Source of the DNA: Trichoplax adhaerens
Lineage: Eukaryota; Animalia; Placozoa
Direction of reading: 5' to 3'
Assembly: GCF_000150275.1 (NCBI RefSeq)
Contig: NW_002060944.1
Coordinates: 4,716,123-4,780,122 of the forward strand
DNA length: 64,000 nucleotides
In this document: positions 1 to 14,300 of the stretch, in pieces
How positions within the stretch are numbered: position 1 is the first letter of the stretch
Layout: every line of letters starts with the position of its first letter
Program-made: the position numbers and the translations under genes
The notes under the pieces: model-generated
Databases searched by the model: none
Seen by the model: only the letters and a program-made list of their open reading frames with translations
Told to the model about the DNA's origin: nothing

Positions 1-3000
1 AATTAAATTACAATTCAGATTGAATTGATTAAATTGATTGGCACATGTCTAGCGCCCAGTGTGACAACATTATGACAATTACATGTCAAAAAGCACACCT
101 TAACCTATTGTCGCCAACGATTTGCTTACTACTTTACAATCCAATCGTTTCAGTAGCTTCCATTTTTTCATCTCCTCATGCTACTTGAATTATTTCTTCA
201 TCTAATTTCAACAGGCAAATATAGACGCCTTGACGCGACATACATTACACACATATAAATATTAAACTATACATCAAAATAGTGCTTGATGATAAATTTT
301 CGAATACTATTAACCTATGCAATCACTGTTATTCTACTAGTTTATCCTACTGCTAGACGACTCGTACCTTGATTTTGAGTAAATTGGAGCCTTCCTTTCT
401 ATACGGTTATATACGTTATTATTGTTCTAATAGAGAGTGGATCATTTTTTAGTAGCCATGATAGAATAACACTCTCTAGCTTTTATTCTCTCCCTCTCTA
501 GTACCTAGCAAATATAGATAGATACTTTAGGAAATTGCTCTGGTGCAAATGAAATTATGCACCAACTCCAACTTTTTTATTTTTTCAATAACAACAACAA
601 CAAAATAACTTTATTACTCTTATATAAGAAAGGATTCCAATCTATCTTTTCTTTTTCAATCCGATTTTCAACAGTTAATCCAATTGATGTCCGCCTCCAT
701 CTTATTTTACAATTAAGTTCAAGGCGTCAATACTTGGACTTGTTGTCGCAATGGCTAACAAAAGCAAAGAGATCAACTGAATCATGTCTAGTTAAAGCTA
801 TGATTTGATAGATCATCTCCAGATCATAACCCCCTAAGATAACAATCATAATCGTACTATCGAAATAATACATAAAGAAAGGTTAGGACAGCCTTGAAGA
901 TTTTTTCCTTTCTCTATATAGATCAAAGCATTGACACTAAATAAAATATTGCCCAAGGGCAAAAGTGCAAGCCTTGAATAGCAGTATTGACATAATGAGT
1001 AGCTTAATTTTTGCCTACTTCAAATAGCTCTTGGCTACAAATGCCGATTTTATTCTTTCCTTCTATTCTATTCTATCCTCCTTTATTTTATTATTTTTTT
1101 ATTTATTTTTCTCCTCTTCTATTCTATAATTCTTTATCAATTAGAAATTATTTCTCTTCATATCTTAATATTATTTGTTACGCAACAGCAACAATCACCT
1201 GCTTGTATAAATTCAGCTAATTTAGATATATGTTTGCATACTGATTCAATAGAGAATTCATGATGTTGACTATAGCTCATTTCCAATGTTATTGTTTGAA
1301 CCAAAATAATCTCCCTCCCTTCTCCTCCTCCGCCTTTCCTCCCCCCACCCCCTTACCTTCGTCGGCCCCATTTTAAAACTTTTACAACGCCAACGGATTA
1401 TCATAGCATCGTTGTAACTTATCTAAACTCAGTGTATATACATGATGTAACACTCGTTAAATTGCTTTCTCAGGATATCGAGATTGTTGTTGGCAGGCGT
1501 TGTTATGATCCATTGTGATTATTTGAAATAAATAGTCTACTTTATCTTACAGCCGCATGGAATTAATGGTAAAATAGTAGCTAATCATTATCATATAATT
1601 TTATCACGGAAGTGATTATTTCTAAGATTACTACGATTAATAACTAAAGAAAGATTTGTCAATATCATAAATGCGATGCACGACATAGAAAAATGGAATA
1701 AAATGTGGTCATTTTGTTACTTAGCACTATTCTAGATTTTATTACGGAAATTTAAATTATAATTTAACGGATATCAATAGGTACCGTATCGAATAGATGT
1801 TTTTTTTTCTTATTATACGTATTCCGTATCCGCTAAACGATATGTAAAACTATTGGTATAATATATTGCCATTTTAGTAGCATGAACAGTAGTCGCTGAG
1901 TAAATGCAAGTTTTAGTCTTTTATTAATCCTACTAGAGATTGTTGTTGCAATCAGAGTATCCTCATGCAAAAGCTGGAGAAATAAAACATAAAGCAGATT
2001 GCTGCTAACAAGTTTACTCTGTCACTGTAAGATTGCAGATGCCTAATAATGCGACAACAATATTCTAATTTTACATGATCCTGCCAATCTTGCATGCATG
2101 ACTATTGGAAGAACGGTAAATATGTCATCGTGCAACCTATCGATAAAATAAAATAATACAGTGGATTCGTTATATAGATTATATCCTCGTATAATTTAAT
2201 TTTACGAATCTAATGGTATCGATTAAAAATGAATTTCAAAATAGACACTATAAACACTTAACTTTGTATTCACAAGTGCACTTAAGAAAGGTATAGTTAT
2301 AATATGATGGTTTTTATGATGTTTTCTAGCTGCTATCGTCTGTTACATGGAAGAGAACTATATTAGAAATGGCCTATTGATCTAGTTAAGATTTAAAACA
2401 CTAATTAAAATTACGATAAAATAGACTGTATGATATTTGATAATGGGCTATTTCTTGAACTTTATATATATAAACGGTTAAGTACCGATTCGTCATTATT
2501 TTATCCTATTATTGCCTAAAGACAACACTAGCCCAACTCCGAAAGGAATATTGATCTACAATTGATATCAACTTAGCTGAGTAGTAACCTTTTTCCTATT
2601 ATTCGATAGATGAAAGTGTCCTTTAGTAACATGCTGAAGGGTTTTAGGGAACTACCATAGCTTTACCACATAAATAAAATGATCGAAACTACATATCTTC
2701 AACCGATTAGTGGATACAGTTATCACAATCGTTGAACATTGAATCACTTAAATTTGCCAATTATTACTTAAGGCCATTGATAAATTGATGATAATTATGG
2801 TAAGATCCCTCTTTTATATGTAACAAAGAGATATAGAAAGCGAAAAATTAGTTACCGGTATATATTGCGCTCAACTCCATTGCACAGGAAATTTCAATTA
2901 TAATATTATTGAATTTTGTAATTGATTGATTGCGTAATTGATACTTTTTTTGAAGAGATGATGTTTATTTTACTGGTTAAGTCATGCCGTCCGTAATATG

Positions 3001-5549
3001 GCCATTTGTTGTCAGCAAAATGAAGTAAATTAATGGAGGCTCAAGAATTTTGACGCTGTACCATTGCCTCATATGATACAAACTTGATACTTGAGGAAAG
3101 TCAGGATATAATTACACTTTCTCAATACTGAAAGTAATAGTGGGGAGTAATTACATAGATAGCGATGGGATCAAATTTATTTCCAAAACTATCAGTTATA
3201 ATATATTATATTGGCAAGTGTATGTATATGCAAATATCGATAACTTTGTAACCAATATTAATTAATTAACTAATTATTATTGAATATATAGGACTATTTG
3301 TTTGATTTTGTTAATGTTTCAAGTTATCTTATTTATATCGTTATGTCAAGTCAATATGTCTTTTCTTACTACATATCAATTTAATAGTTGTTGAAAATTT
3401 AAACGGTGTTTTAATGCCCGTGCCAATATTTTTAGCCTCAACATACACTAAACGCTATCAGATCAAGTCACTTTAGGATGGCTTGCGATTCTCATAATTT
3501 TAAGGAATATCGTTTTATACAGCTTAAGATCCAATGGTAGGTTATGCTACCATACTTAACGCAGGAATATTGATTCTTCTACATTTATTGATGGAAGTAT
3601 TATATAGTACGGTAAGTAAGCATTTGTTACGGATAGTTTTAAATTCTTTATAGAATATATTCAATAGATAGTCAGCTTAACAGGGATTGAGTTGTCTTAA
3701 ATTCATACAATCTACAATATTTGTTAAGAATGGGGACTTAAAATGTATTTACCAGTAAGAAAAGAGAGTCTTGTATTACATGTTACGCACTCTATTTGTT
3801 GAAGTCACTTGAAAAGTATTTTTTCTAGTAGGAAAGAGGAGCCTTGAGTTGTATCTTATACAGTATCATCTGCATACGCGTATTATAGTCGTGAACTCGT
3901 TTATTGCTTCAAATCCTTTTTATAGTTTACAGACTCATAGATAGTTTGATGAGCAGAACGAAGACTGGTTGCTGTTTTTTTCTTATAGAAAACTCTGTTT
4001 GCCGAGGGATATCGCTTAATAGATTAATTATTTACGAACAAGGGTTCTTCTATTGTCTTATAAGTTACATTGAAAGCAGCGAATTTATTCGCTTTATTGA
4101 TGGGTAAAGGAAAATTTTAATCCGCGGTGAAAATATGTATAAAGGCTTTTTAATCATCTGTCGTGTGAATTCTTTGCATTTTTTTTAATTGATAGTTAGT
4201 AAATTTAACTGAAATTAAAATTTCCTTTCAACTGAGCACTCAATAGTATTAAGAAAATCTCGTTTTTAAAACTTACAACATTTGATAATTAATGGGTAGT
4301 CGAATTTTTTTTCATGCATCCGAACTACAATGACATAAGAATCGATTAAGGAACCTATTTCAACCTATAAGTTGATAAAATTAAAATTTTAATTCATGAC
4401 AATATTGCAGTACTTCATTTACTTGCTCTTAACAGTATTATAATTACATTAAAAGATTATTATTGTAATTCAGTCTTATCATACCAGTTTGGGATAACAT
4501 ATTTATTTTGTGTAGAATTAATAATGAGGCTCTTTTTTGAATTTGATATATTTTATACGTTTCTTTCAGGTAACTTCAAAGCAACTGTAGAAAAATTTTG
4601 TAACGCTAGTGATATCTAATTACTAGTAGTCGAGAAATAGAAATGGTCTAGTAATGCTATCAGTCATTTTTAATGTACTGATAGATATTATTGATTGATA
4701 TAGTATATTGTATAACGTTGATAATTTAAATTTGAGTTAAAAATAAGATTACATAGGATGAATACGATAGATGACTGCGAAATGTTTCAATTAAAATAAT
4801 GTAGTATTTCATAAATATTTTCAACTTGGCATAATTGAGTCAAGTGTATTGAAGTGATAAAAATTCATTACGTGCTGATAAATTAATATTGTACTTTACT
4901 ATATGTGCTAAAGAAAATTTAACCACAACTCTTCTGGTGGAATTACTAATAAGATTATAGCTAATTTAATTGGTCTTATTGGCATTCTTGATGTGAGGCA
5001 ATTTACTGAAACGTAGAAATAAATTAGATAGAGTAAGCTCGTACTCTATTTTATAGTCGCATTTAGGTTTTTATAGGATTAAATAAAAAATATCGCGATA
5101 ATGCATCGCTTAAGTTGTGGCTATCGACATCCCATCACTCGTATGTACGTAAATAGTATCGCAAGAACTTAAATTACTGCCATCTTCTTCGTGCAATTTT
5201 TGTACTACGATAAGATACTATTACCGCTGATAAACATCCATTAGGTAAGATCAATTTGTCACTATTTCACATCATTAATTTAGAGTAATTCTTTTTTAAT
5301 TAGTATTTTAGAATGGAGTAAATGATGAAATGTATCTATTACGACTTAGTGCTATTGATTGTTACATAAGATTAATCAGAGTGAGAACATGTGAATAGTT
5401 TATGGATAGATATTGTGTTAACTTGAATAGTATAATAATCTCATAGGGCTCTAAATACAGAGATGTGTCTGTTTATTTTTATTATCCTCTAAGATAAGAA
5501 AAATTCCGCCGATGCATCTTACGATGCACACTGCTTTACTCGGTATCTG

Positions 5550-6620
5550 CTCAGTGAAAAGTGTGATCCAATAGGATATACTGTATAGTGGAATATCGTA
5601 GTTTTGCCAATTATGTGTATATGTGAGCTATCAATGGTACTGAATAATAGAAATAACAGTTCATCATTTTCATTTTCTACGTCTTTTCGAGTAAAAATGT
5701 TGTAATCATGGACTACTAGAAAAATACGTGTAGCAGTATTTTTGTAGTGGTCTATAGTTTTAACGTAATGCCCGGTAATGGTGAATTTAGAGTTGGATAT
5801 TTCCCAATGACGTTGAAATTTTAAAAGCTAAACAGTTTACTAAAATGACAATCTATATCAACTATACAATAAGTCCGATTGGAATTCCTCTGAATCTGAA
5901 GAGTTCAAAGTGGGATCCAATATGCTTTGCGATAGAATATTGTAGTTTTATCCACTATTAACGGTAGTGAGTGGTAAAAATAGCAGCAGTTCATTATTTT
6001 CACTTTCTGCCTCTTGTCATATGACAACGATGGACCCACTAAAAAAACAGTGATACTTTTGTAGTAGTCCGTGATATTAATGGTAGTGAATAGCAGAAGT
6101 AGTAGCTTATCATTTTCACTTTCTGTGTCTAATTGTGTTACAACCATGAACTGGCTAGAAAAATAGTGATACTTTTGCAGTAGTCTATGGTCCCAAACGC
6201 AATAGTGAATTTAGAGTGGCGTATTTCCCAATGACATTGAAACGTTGAAATTGTAGAACTAAACTACCTATTAACAAGATGATATGTACGCGTATATTTC
6301 ACAGAATCGATTTGCTTCTACATTGATAATATCTATACGCGTAATTGCTCTATAGCTGAAGAGTTAAAAGTGTCATCCAATATGCAATTGCGGATATACA
6401 GTAAAGTACCGTAGTTTTTTTTAACTATTAGCGGTGTTGAGTGGTCAAATTAGTAGTGGATCATTTTTATTTTCTAAGTCTTATCCTATTACAACCATCT
6501 GGCCCACTAGAAAAATAAGTACTTTTATAGTAGTCCGCCATTCCAAACGCAATGGTGAATTAAAAATGGAGTATTTTCCAGTGACATTGCCATTGTAAAT
6601 CTCAACTACCATTTAAGATG
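5550..6620. repeat. Old degenerate tandem duplication built around a short hairpin motif
   Basis: Recurring blocks GAAGAGTT(C/A)AAAGTG..ATCCAATATGC (5900, 6358), TCATTTTCACTTTCT-like segments, CATGGACTACTAGAAAAA..TTTTGTAGTAGTCC-like hairpins (5707, 6030, 6144, 6495) and AATGGTGAATTTAGAGT..TATTTCCCAATGAC-like segments (5777, 6201, 6551). Confidence 0.75.
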
Positions 6621-6730
6621 GCATTTATATAAGAATCTATGGGCTTATCATGGCGAATCTTGGAGATGAATGCGATAGAGTGTGATTGAAATTTCATGGG
6701 TGCCTTGGAGCATTTTTTCAGCTTGCTGCC

Positions 6731-8308
6731 AGTATAGCGCAGAATGATGGGCCTAAATTTTAACGCTTAGCTACTGGCCGCAAATGGAAATTTGCACTGT
6801 ATATATATGAGATATAGAATTGTATTAAACATGTATCGTTTTTGCTTTCGTGTTCATTTCAGTATAGTGACGTATAGAATTGTCAGAGGGGATTATAGAC
6901 AGTATAGCGCAGAATGGTGGGCCTAAATTTCAACGCTTAGCCACTGGCCGCAAATGAAAATTTGTACTGTATATACGTTCATATATATGACATATATAAT
7001 TCTATTATACAAGCATCGTTTTGGCTTTCGTGTTCATTTCAGTATAGTGGCGTATAGAATTGTCAGAGGGGATTATAGACAGTATAGCGCAGAATGGTGG
7101 GCCTAAATTTCAACGCTTAGCCACTGGCCGCAAATGGAAATTTGTCTGTATATATATATGACATAGATAACTATATTATACATATATCGTTTTGGCTTTC
7201 GTGTTCATTTCAGTATAGTGGCGTATAGAATTGTCAGAGGGGATTATAGACAGTATAGCGCAGAATGGTGGGCCTAAATTTCAACGCTTAGCCACTGGCC
7301 GCAAATGGAAATTTGTCTGTATATATATATATGACATAGATAACTATATTATACATGTATCGTTTTGGCTTTCGTGTTCATTTCAGTATAGTGGCGTATA
7401 GAATTATCAGAGAGGATTCCAGATAGTATGAAGCAAGTGGGCCTAAATTTCAACGCCTAGCCACTGGCCGCAAATGGAAATTTGTCTGTATATATATATG
7501 ACATAGATAACTATATTATTATACATGTATCGTTTTGGCTTTCGTGTTCATTTCAGTATAGTGGCGTATAGAATTGTCAGAGAGGATTCCAGACAGTATA
7601 GCGCAGAAAGGTGGGCCTAAATTTCAACGCTTAGCTACTGGCCGCAAATGGAAATTTGCACTGTATATATATGAGATATAGAATTGTATTATACATGTAT
7701 CGTTTTGGCTTTCGTGTTCATTTCAGTAAGGTGGCGTATAGAATTGTCGGAGGGGATTATAGACAGTATAGCGCAGAATGGTGGGCCTAAATTTCAACGC
7801 TTAGCCACTGGCCGCAAAAGGAAATTTGTGCTGTACTGTAGTGTATATATATATGTTATATTATACATGTATCGTTTTGGCTTTCGTGTTCATTTCAGTA
7901 TAGTGACGTATAGAATTGTCAGAGGGGATTATAGAGAGTATGAAGCAAGTGGGCCTAAATTTCAACGCCTAGCCACTGGCCGCAAATGGAAATTTGCCTG
8001 TATATATGAACGTGGCCGTATGCGAAATGACAATACGGCAAGACATTTTGCAAAATGCCCGGTCACTTTGCAAAATGTTAAGCAGTATAGTCATTTTACA
8101 AAATGCTTTAGCTACAGTAGCTGTCATTTTGCTGCAACAAATCCTAAGGGCAGTTTGCAAAATGGCCGATTTCGCATACGGTCACGTTCATATATACAGT
8201 ATGACATAGATAACTATATTATACATATATCGTTTTGGCTTTCGTGTTCATTTCAGTATAGTGGCGTATAGAATTGTCATAGGGGATTATAGACAGTATG
8301 AAGCAAGT
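6731..8308. repeat. Young tandem array of ~170-180 bp units (8 full copies + stub)
   Basis: Units start at 6731, 6901, 7081, 7252, 7425, 7595, 7765, 7937 and a stub at 8295. Core GGGCCTAAATTTCAACGC(T/C)TAGC(C/T)ACTGGCCGCAAA..(TA)n..TATCGTTTTGGCTTTCGTGTTCATTTCAGTATAGTGGCGTATAGAATTGTCAGAG is nearly invariant; variation is mostly in the central (TA)n segment. Confidence 0.97.
7998..8199. mobile_element. MITE-like inverted-repeat element (~200 bp) inside array unit 8
   Basis: 31-bp terminal inverted repeats with one mismatch: CTGTATATATGAACGTGGCCGTATGCGAAAT (7998-8028) and ATTTCGCATACGGTCACGTTCATATATACAG (8169-8199). Internal repeated palindromic CATTTTGCAAAATG-like motifs. No coding capacity; sits in a TA run. 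Confidence 0.85.
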
Positions 8309-11300
8309 CTACTACAGTACTGTATACTGTAGGTGCACGCTGAGTCAAATCTCGTTTCTAGGTCTAAACTTGGGTATAATACACTATTTTCTAGTACAGA
8401 CATGGTACAGTAGATAATGAAAAGATCAATCGGTACCCCTATTGGTATCCAATCTCTGTGCCTTCACTGTACTGTGTATCGTGCTTGTCTGGCGTCATCC
8501 ACAAGTTGATTAGACGCAGCAAGACATCGCGGTAGCAATCGTTCTTGCGATACTTTCCAGCAACATTGGACAGCAATTTATCCCCAAGTTAACCTATTTC
8601 ATGCTACTCTATGGCCAAAAAGGGTAAGAAATAGCATAATACTATATCCTTCCATGAAAACTGGATCGATTATGGCAATCGAAAATTATCTATGTGGATA
8701 AAATGATCACTACGCCAAGATTAATCCAATATTCACCATTTGCATTTTGTTATCCAGTCGTCAAGATACCATAGCTATCTCTGATAAGCCAGTCTACAGT
8801 AGGGTACAGTATAGTCATTATGGATGTGTTTGAACAGCGGGTCTACCGCCCCTAGTCCAATATTTTTTTTTCCGCTTTTTCAATGACTGTTTAATCATTG
8901 AGGATTCAATGGTGTTTTCTTCCTCTTGCATGGAATGATGGAAAAAAAAAAAATAGCAAAGAAAAATCATGCTTTTAGCGCCATACATTGACTGGAATAT
9001 TCTTTCCAATCCATCCTTTCCATAGGCGTATTGACTGTGTGCGTAGTTTCATTTTTTTTTCTCTCTCTTCTTTCATTGTTCTGACACTCTGCTCTATAAT
9101 AATTCATAATATAATATAATTTATTTCTTGACAGAGAGTCATTGGAATATCGTTTGATTCTTTATTGTAAATAGTTTAAAACTATCGAGCAATGAATTAT
9201 TTTACTCTCTGACTACAGATAGATGATCAAGTTAAACCGAATGATTGATCAAGGAAACATTTATTTTAATTTTTTTTGGCCTTACCGATCCATTCTACCG
9301 TATTTATCCATGACAACACACTATCAAGACGAAAAGGCTATTGACGATAGTATTGTAATTCTAATGAACAATGTAATTAAATGATGTGACTGGGTAGGCG
9401 CTAAACGTTTATAGATGCACTACAAGACGTTTACTTAACTTTTATTGGATTGAAGTCAAAGTCAAGGTAATGAGAAGTTAGATCAACTTTTTCCTCATCA
9501 CCTTAAGCTTAACAACTTCAGTCTTGACCAGTGGTTTTGGAGTGGACGCGGTATCATCGATCCAGTTTGCCTACATACGCATACAGTACTGTACAGTATG
9601 TGTTATGTACCGTAATAATATTCGGACGGCACAGCGATCGTCCACATAAAGTTTACTCTGCTAAATAAAGTAAAGAATTGGTAAACGAAGAATGATCAAC
9701 TTCGATAATACACGTTCATTTTAGATATTCAGTGATCACTTTAGCACAGTAATGTGTAACTGCTAAACACTCTCCTCATCAAGGATAACGATTACACTTC
9801 TGGCAATATTGACGCCCATGAATGTTCAATAGTGTACATACATACTGTATTTGAGAGGTTAACTTAAAGAATTTAATACCTACAGGATGTATATGTCATA
9901 TATAGTCCTACGCCAAAGGTAATCACGACAGGCGGAATATTTGTTGTATGTTTATGCATAAATGTAGAATGCTCTTATGTCAATAGAAGTAGCCGTAGCG
10001 CATGATTACATATCGACATAGAAGTTTGAAGTGTTCAACATCTTTACGTAAGCAGATCTTACACGAGATGATGTCAGTAAGACAGATGTTGAAACGTTTC
10101 TTGGTATCATCGTAGACCGCTCCATGCTGCAATGAATTGGAAGACTGATGACTTATTGACTACCACCACGACTGTAGATCAACACCGTAAAATTGTCAAA
10201 TCTTATTAATCACCAGTAACAACTGCGCTCATGTGATATTCCCGTGCGATTGCATGAGAATGACAGACTAGAGATGTTTTAGAACCTGATTTTGGTATCA
10301 AAACAGATTAGGCTATAGCTGGGAGAATTTCTTTTATCTTTTTAAGGTTAGAGCCTGATAGTAAAGTTATTTATCTTCCTGATCAATTTTCATTTTTGCG
10401 ATAGAAAGGGGTGGGGAGGAAAGAGAGATTTGCATGCAGATAAATGTGACAGCAATTCATCAATCGTAGAAATCGAATCGAATGCTGCTTGCATTGGTTA
10501 CAAAGTTATGTTACAACTACAGGGCTTTTACAAGTATCCAGCTTTTGTTAGCTTGATAATTCTTTTCGATCCTGAAACAACAATTGATTCATCTTTTAAA
10601 TAAGCATAGATATCAAATGTATTCGACTGTCAGCCATCTTCATTACCATACTTAATATTTCCCAATACAACATGTCTATTTTACTGTACGGTTGGTACTT
10701 TGTAAGCCTTTTATTATCAGACATCCGTTTTCAGCTATTGTAAAAAGTCACATTTGTATTGATTCTTGATAGCAAAGTACAGGAAGTTAACGTCGTAATT
10801 AATTATAAGGTTATAAAACAAAGATCGATTTGATGAAAAGTATCACGTTACAAGCGTACTATTTAATACTGAGAAGAATTATTATATCACCTATAGTGTA
10901 GACGTGTAAAAGTATCTTGAGAATGGCAGGATCAATTGCGCTACGTCGTAATTATTTTATAACAGCAGTTAAGACCGACTAATAGCGATAAATCATAACT
11001 CAAATAAAGTGGTCAGGTTTATAATACATTATGGACGTTCAAAGTATCTTGAGGATGGCAAAATTAATCGCGCTACTGTTGGATGAACTCACCTTGATTC
11101 AATAGCACTCGATTGTTGACTATGAATACTTGTATTGCGATTAGTGTGATTGAATTTGAATGCATAGCCAGCATTTACATCCCTAACATATTAAATGTAT
11201 GATTAGCAATTAATTTCATTATGAAATTGGATTGTCTCCCAAGGTTCATTATTATATATATATATGTATATGTATATATATATTTATGATTTCATTATGA

Positions 11301-14300
11301 AAACTACCGCTTGATTCATTTTGTACTGTAGTATTGCTTAAATTCTATGGGTCATTCACTATAATACACAGACTAATATGCTATAACTTCCTTCGTAAAA
11401 TTTCTGAATGGATGTGATTCTTGTACTTTATTTCTTGGTGATAACTTCTTAAACTATCATTTATACCCTTGTTTAAGTACATCGATTAATCACCGATATT
11501 CAACATGTATTCATATCATCATTATATTAAGTAACGTTAATACTATAACTTTTCATTGTTGAAAAAAATACCCAATTTGCGCTAATTTTAAGTTTCACAA
11601 GCTGTAATCATGTGCCAATCTCAGCATGTTCTTTTCATTCTACGCCGTATTGATTTTTGCAATCAAAGTACTAATCGATACATACTGATAAAGCGAGGTG
11701 GTTAGTTAAGTCTAAAAAAGTAATATTGATCAGTAAAAATTGATTTTGTTTACACTTACTCATTTTATCTGTGTGATAGTTGACGTAATGAAATTAATTT
11801 ACAGTAGAATTTGATTTATAATACGGTAGATAGTATGGATAAACTTTGGTATCCTATACAGTACATTGGATTAATGTCGTTATAAATTACAGTACTAGAA
11901 GGGCCACAATTGAGTAGTCAATGATATCAAGATTAGTTGGTAAGGATATAGGAAAGCGAAATCGCGCTACACTCTTCCTTTCAGTTTGGATCTGCAGCTT
12001 AGCAATACGTGGACATATTAGAAATGTAAAATTATGAAAGTGATCGTTAAGTCTTGACATTATAATTTTTATTTAAATATACTTTTATCTTCATCTCTTA
12101 AGAAGTTGTACGTAAATTTTAAAACTCCCGAAATGATAACGATGATATCTACACTAATCGGTTTAGTTCTTACATGAAAGAATTTATAATGACATTTTAA
12201 GTTGATAGAGTGAACTCATTAATAGATGATTTCATTAATACATGAATATACAAATCTATCTCAGTATATTAGATCCCAACAAATTTTACGTCGAAAATTG
12301 ATTACTTGACTTGGTAATCTGTGACAAGTAGATATTTTGATTGAAAAAGTACAGCTTCATTACCAATACGCTGGGTTAATTAATAATTTTCGATAGTTAA
12401 TTAAGAAATTTAGATGAGAATATGTGAAATACATACGGTATATTTACCTGTCCTCACTCAATAAAACCTTAGGCCGTATGATGGTGTCATGCCTGATAGT
12501 AAATTATATTTCACTGTAAGTAGATTTATCAAAGATGTCCTTCGTCCTTGTTGTAAAACGGCTTACTGATGATAACTCTTAACTGGTTATATCAGTACTC
12601 CTTAATTTTAAACGCCATTTAAGATGCCCAAGATGTCACATCGCGTTACACTTTGTTGCATAATTCGCACTACAATTTCAAAGTAATCTTTACTTTTAAA
12701 GATTGCAATTTTTTGATTAATTCTGCTGACTTATGCATTGTCTTTTTGGACGAAAACGTGGTATAGCATGTTTGAAGAGCGTTTTAATAAATAAATAAAG
12801 TCAGAAGTAAATTTGAATTGAAGGCACCATCATTTGTTACGTACTCTTTTTACATGGCTAATAGTCATAACGATCAGTATTCAAAATCCTAATCAACAGC
12901 AGTTACAGTACTTATTTCAATGTATTGTTCATTGGATATTTGCAGAAGTAGTTAGATATCATTATTCGTGATTAATATACTACCGTACGATACTGTGCTT
13001 GTACGTACGATGGGCTGAAGAGAAGTACGAAAGAATACAGAATGCATGAATCAGACTCACTAAATCTACTCAGGGCTGCTTAGTAACATTCGTACGTTTT
13101 AATAACTTGGAAAGTTTTGAAAATTTACAAATCCGTGTATATTTGATCTCGAAATACGTAAAATTGAAATCTAAAATCTATTCCTATCCCGAAACAAGAG
13201 TAATTACAGGCCATTTACAATTTTTATACAGTGGTAAATTTTTAAATTACTACCTTGAAATATTACAAGCCGTTACTCAGCTTCAATCATAATACTCGCA
13301 TCCTGTAGAGTATATACCATGTTATATATACCATATCCATTCAATACACGTATGGCCCAGATGTAAATACTCGTAAGAACTTACGTAGAACTTGGAACGC
13401 AACTCTGAAATATGAATGACTGACTGCTTTAGCAAACTCAATACTGACAAGATATTGATATAAGTAAAGATAAACTATCATGTTAAATGGAGTAGATGCC
13501 TAACAATGGAGTCATTATCATATTTCGTTACTAGATGACGTTGGAGATCCCTTCCATTTGCATTGGCTAATATCTTAATGACGTAAAACTAGCTTTTATA
13601 GTACGAGTATTGATGTAATATGATTAAACGCTTCCTTGTTACACCCGTTTTTGTCCTATGTAATGAATTGATCAGTTGATGCTTCTACGATGGCAATAGT
13701 TATCATTATCATCCTGATTTAAGTTTACGACAGCTAAAAAAAAATTGACAATATGAAGTAAGCAGTTTAACTGCTAAATACTCGAGTTTATAATCATCAT
13801 GTTGCATGTTACATTTGCTATTACTAGATGATACAATGATTAAAGCCATGCCTGATTACTATACAGTGCTAACAGTAAACCGGCGTTTTGTTGTTTCGCC
13901 ACAATAATCACCTACAGTTGTGAAATTGTGGCATTCGTTTACAAATCTTAGAAAAGATTAAACTTGATGAAACATGAGTCTCTTATAGTCTATGTTAATT
14001 GAGATATATTATCTGGTATCTCTATACTAATAGTTGAAATTTCTCATAAAGTTGGGAGATTACAATCTAATTCGTATTTGTATTTTTTGCTTTTATTACT
14101 GATTATTGTAGCAGGTTGCTATAGGTCTAATCGTAGATAGTTATTGTGCAGCACTAATTTATATTGTTATTGCTAGTACATTGTGATTTATACAGTATTC
14201 CTTAGTGCTACATTACAGCACTTTTTAGTGCTTTTATAGCAGGCGTGTCAAGTAAACAATTTTACTAATATCGCACAGAAATCATAGATGTACAGTAGAT

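Noticed and set aside
368-1371. Possible minus-strand exons (ATG GGG CCG ACG AAG|gtaagg at 1357-1371, 18-nt microexon near 1199-1216, frame at about 610-833 with an in-frame TGA)
   Set aside because: Could not assemble an open, recognisable CDS; no redox motif or SECIS evidence to justify a selenocysteine call.
7684-8271. 195-aa ORF and overlapping ORFs 7969-8160 and 7994-8209
   Set aside because: Chance read-through of satellite units and the MITE; equivalent frames in other units contain stops and shifts.
6731-8308. CRISPR-like repeat-spacer array
   Set aside because: Units are ~170 bp and contiguous, the variable part is a TA microsatellite rather than unique spacers, there are no cas genes, and the context is eukaryotic.
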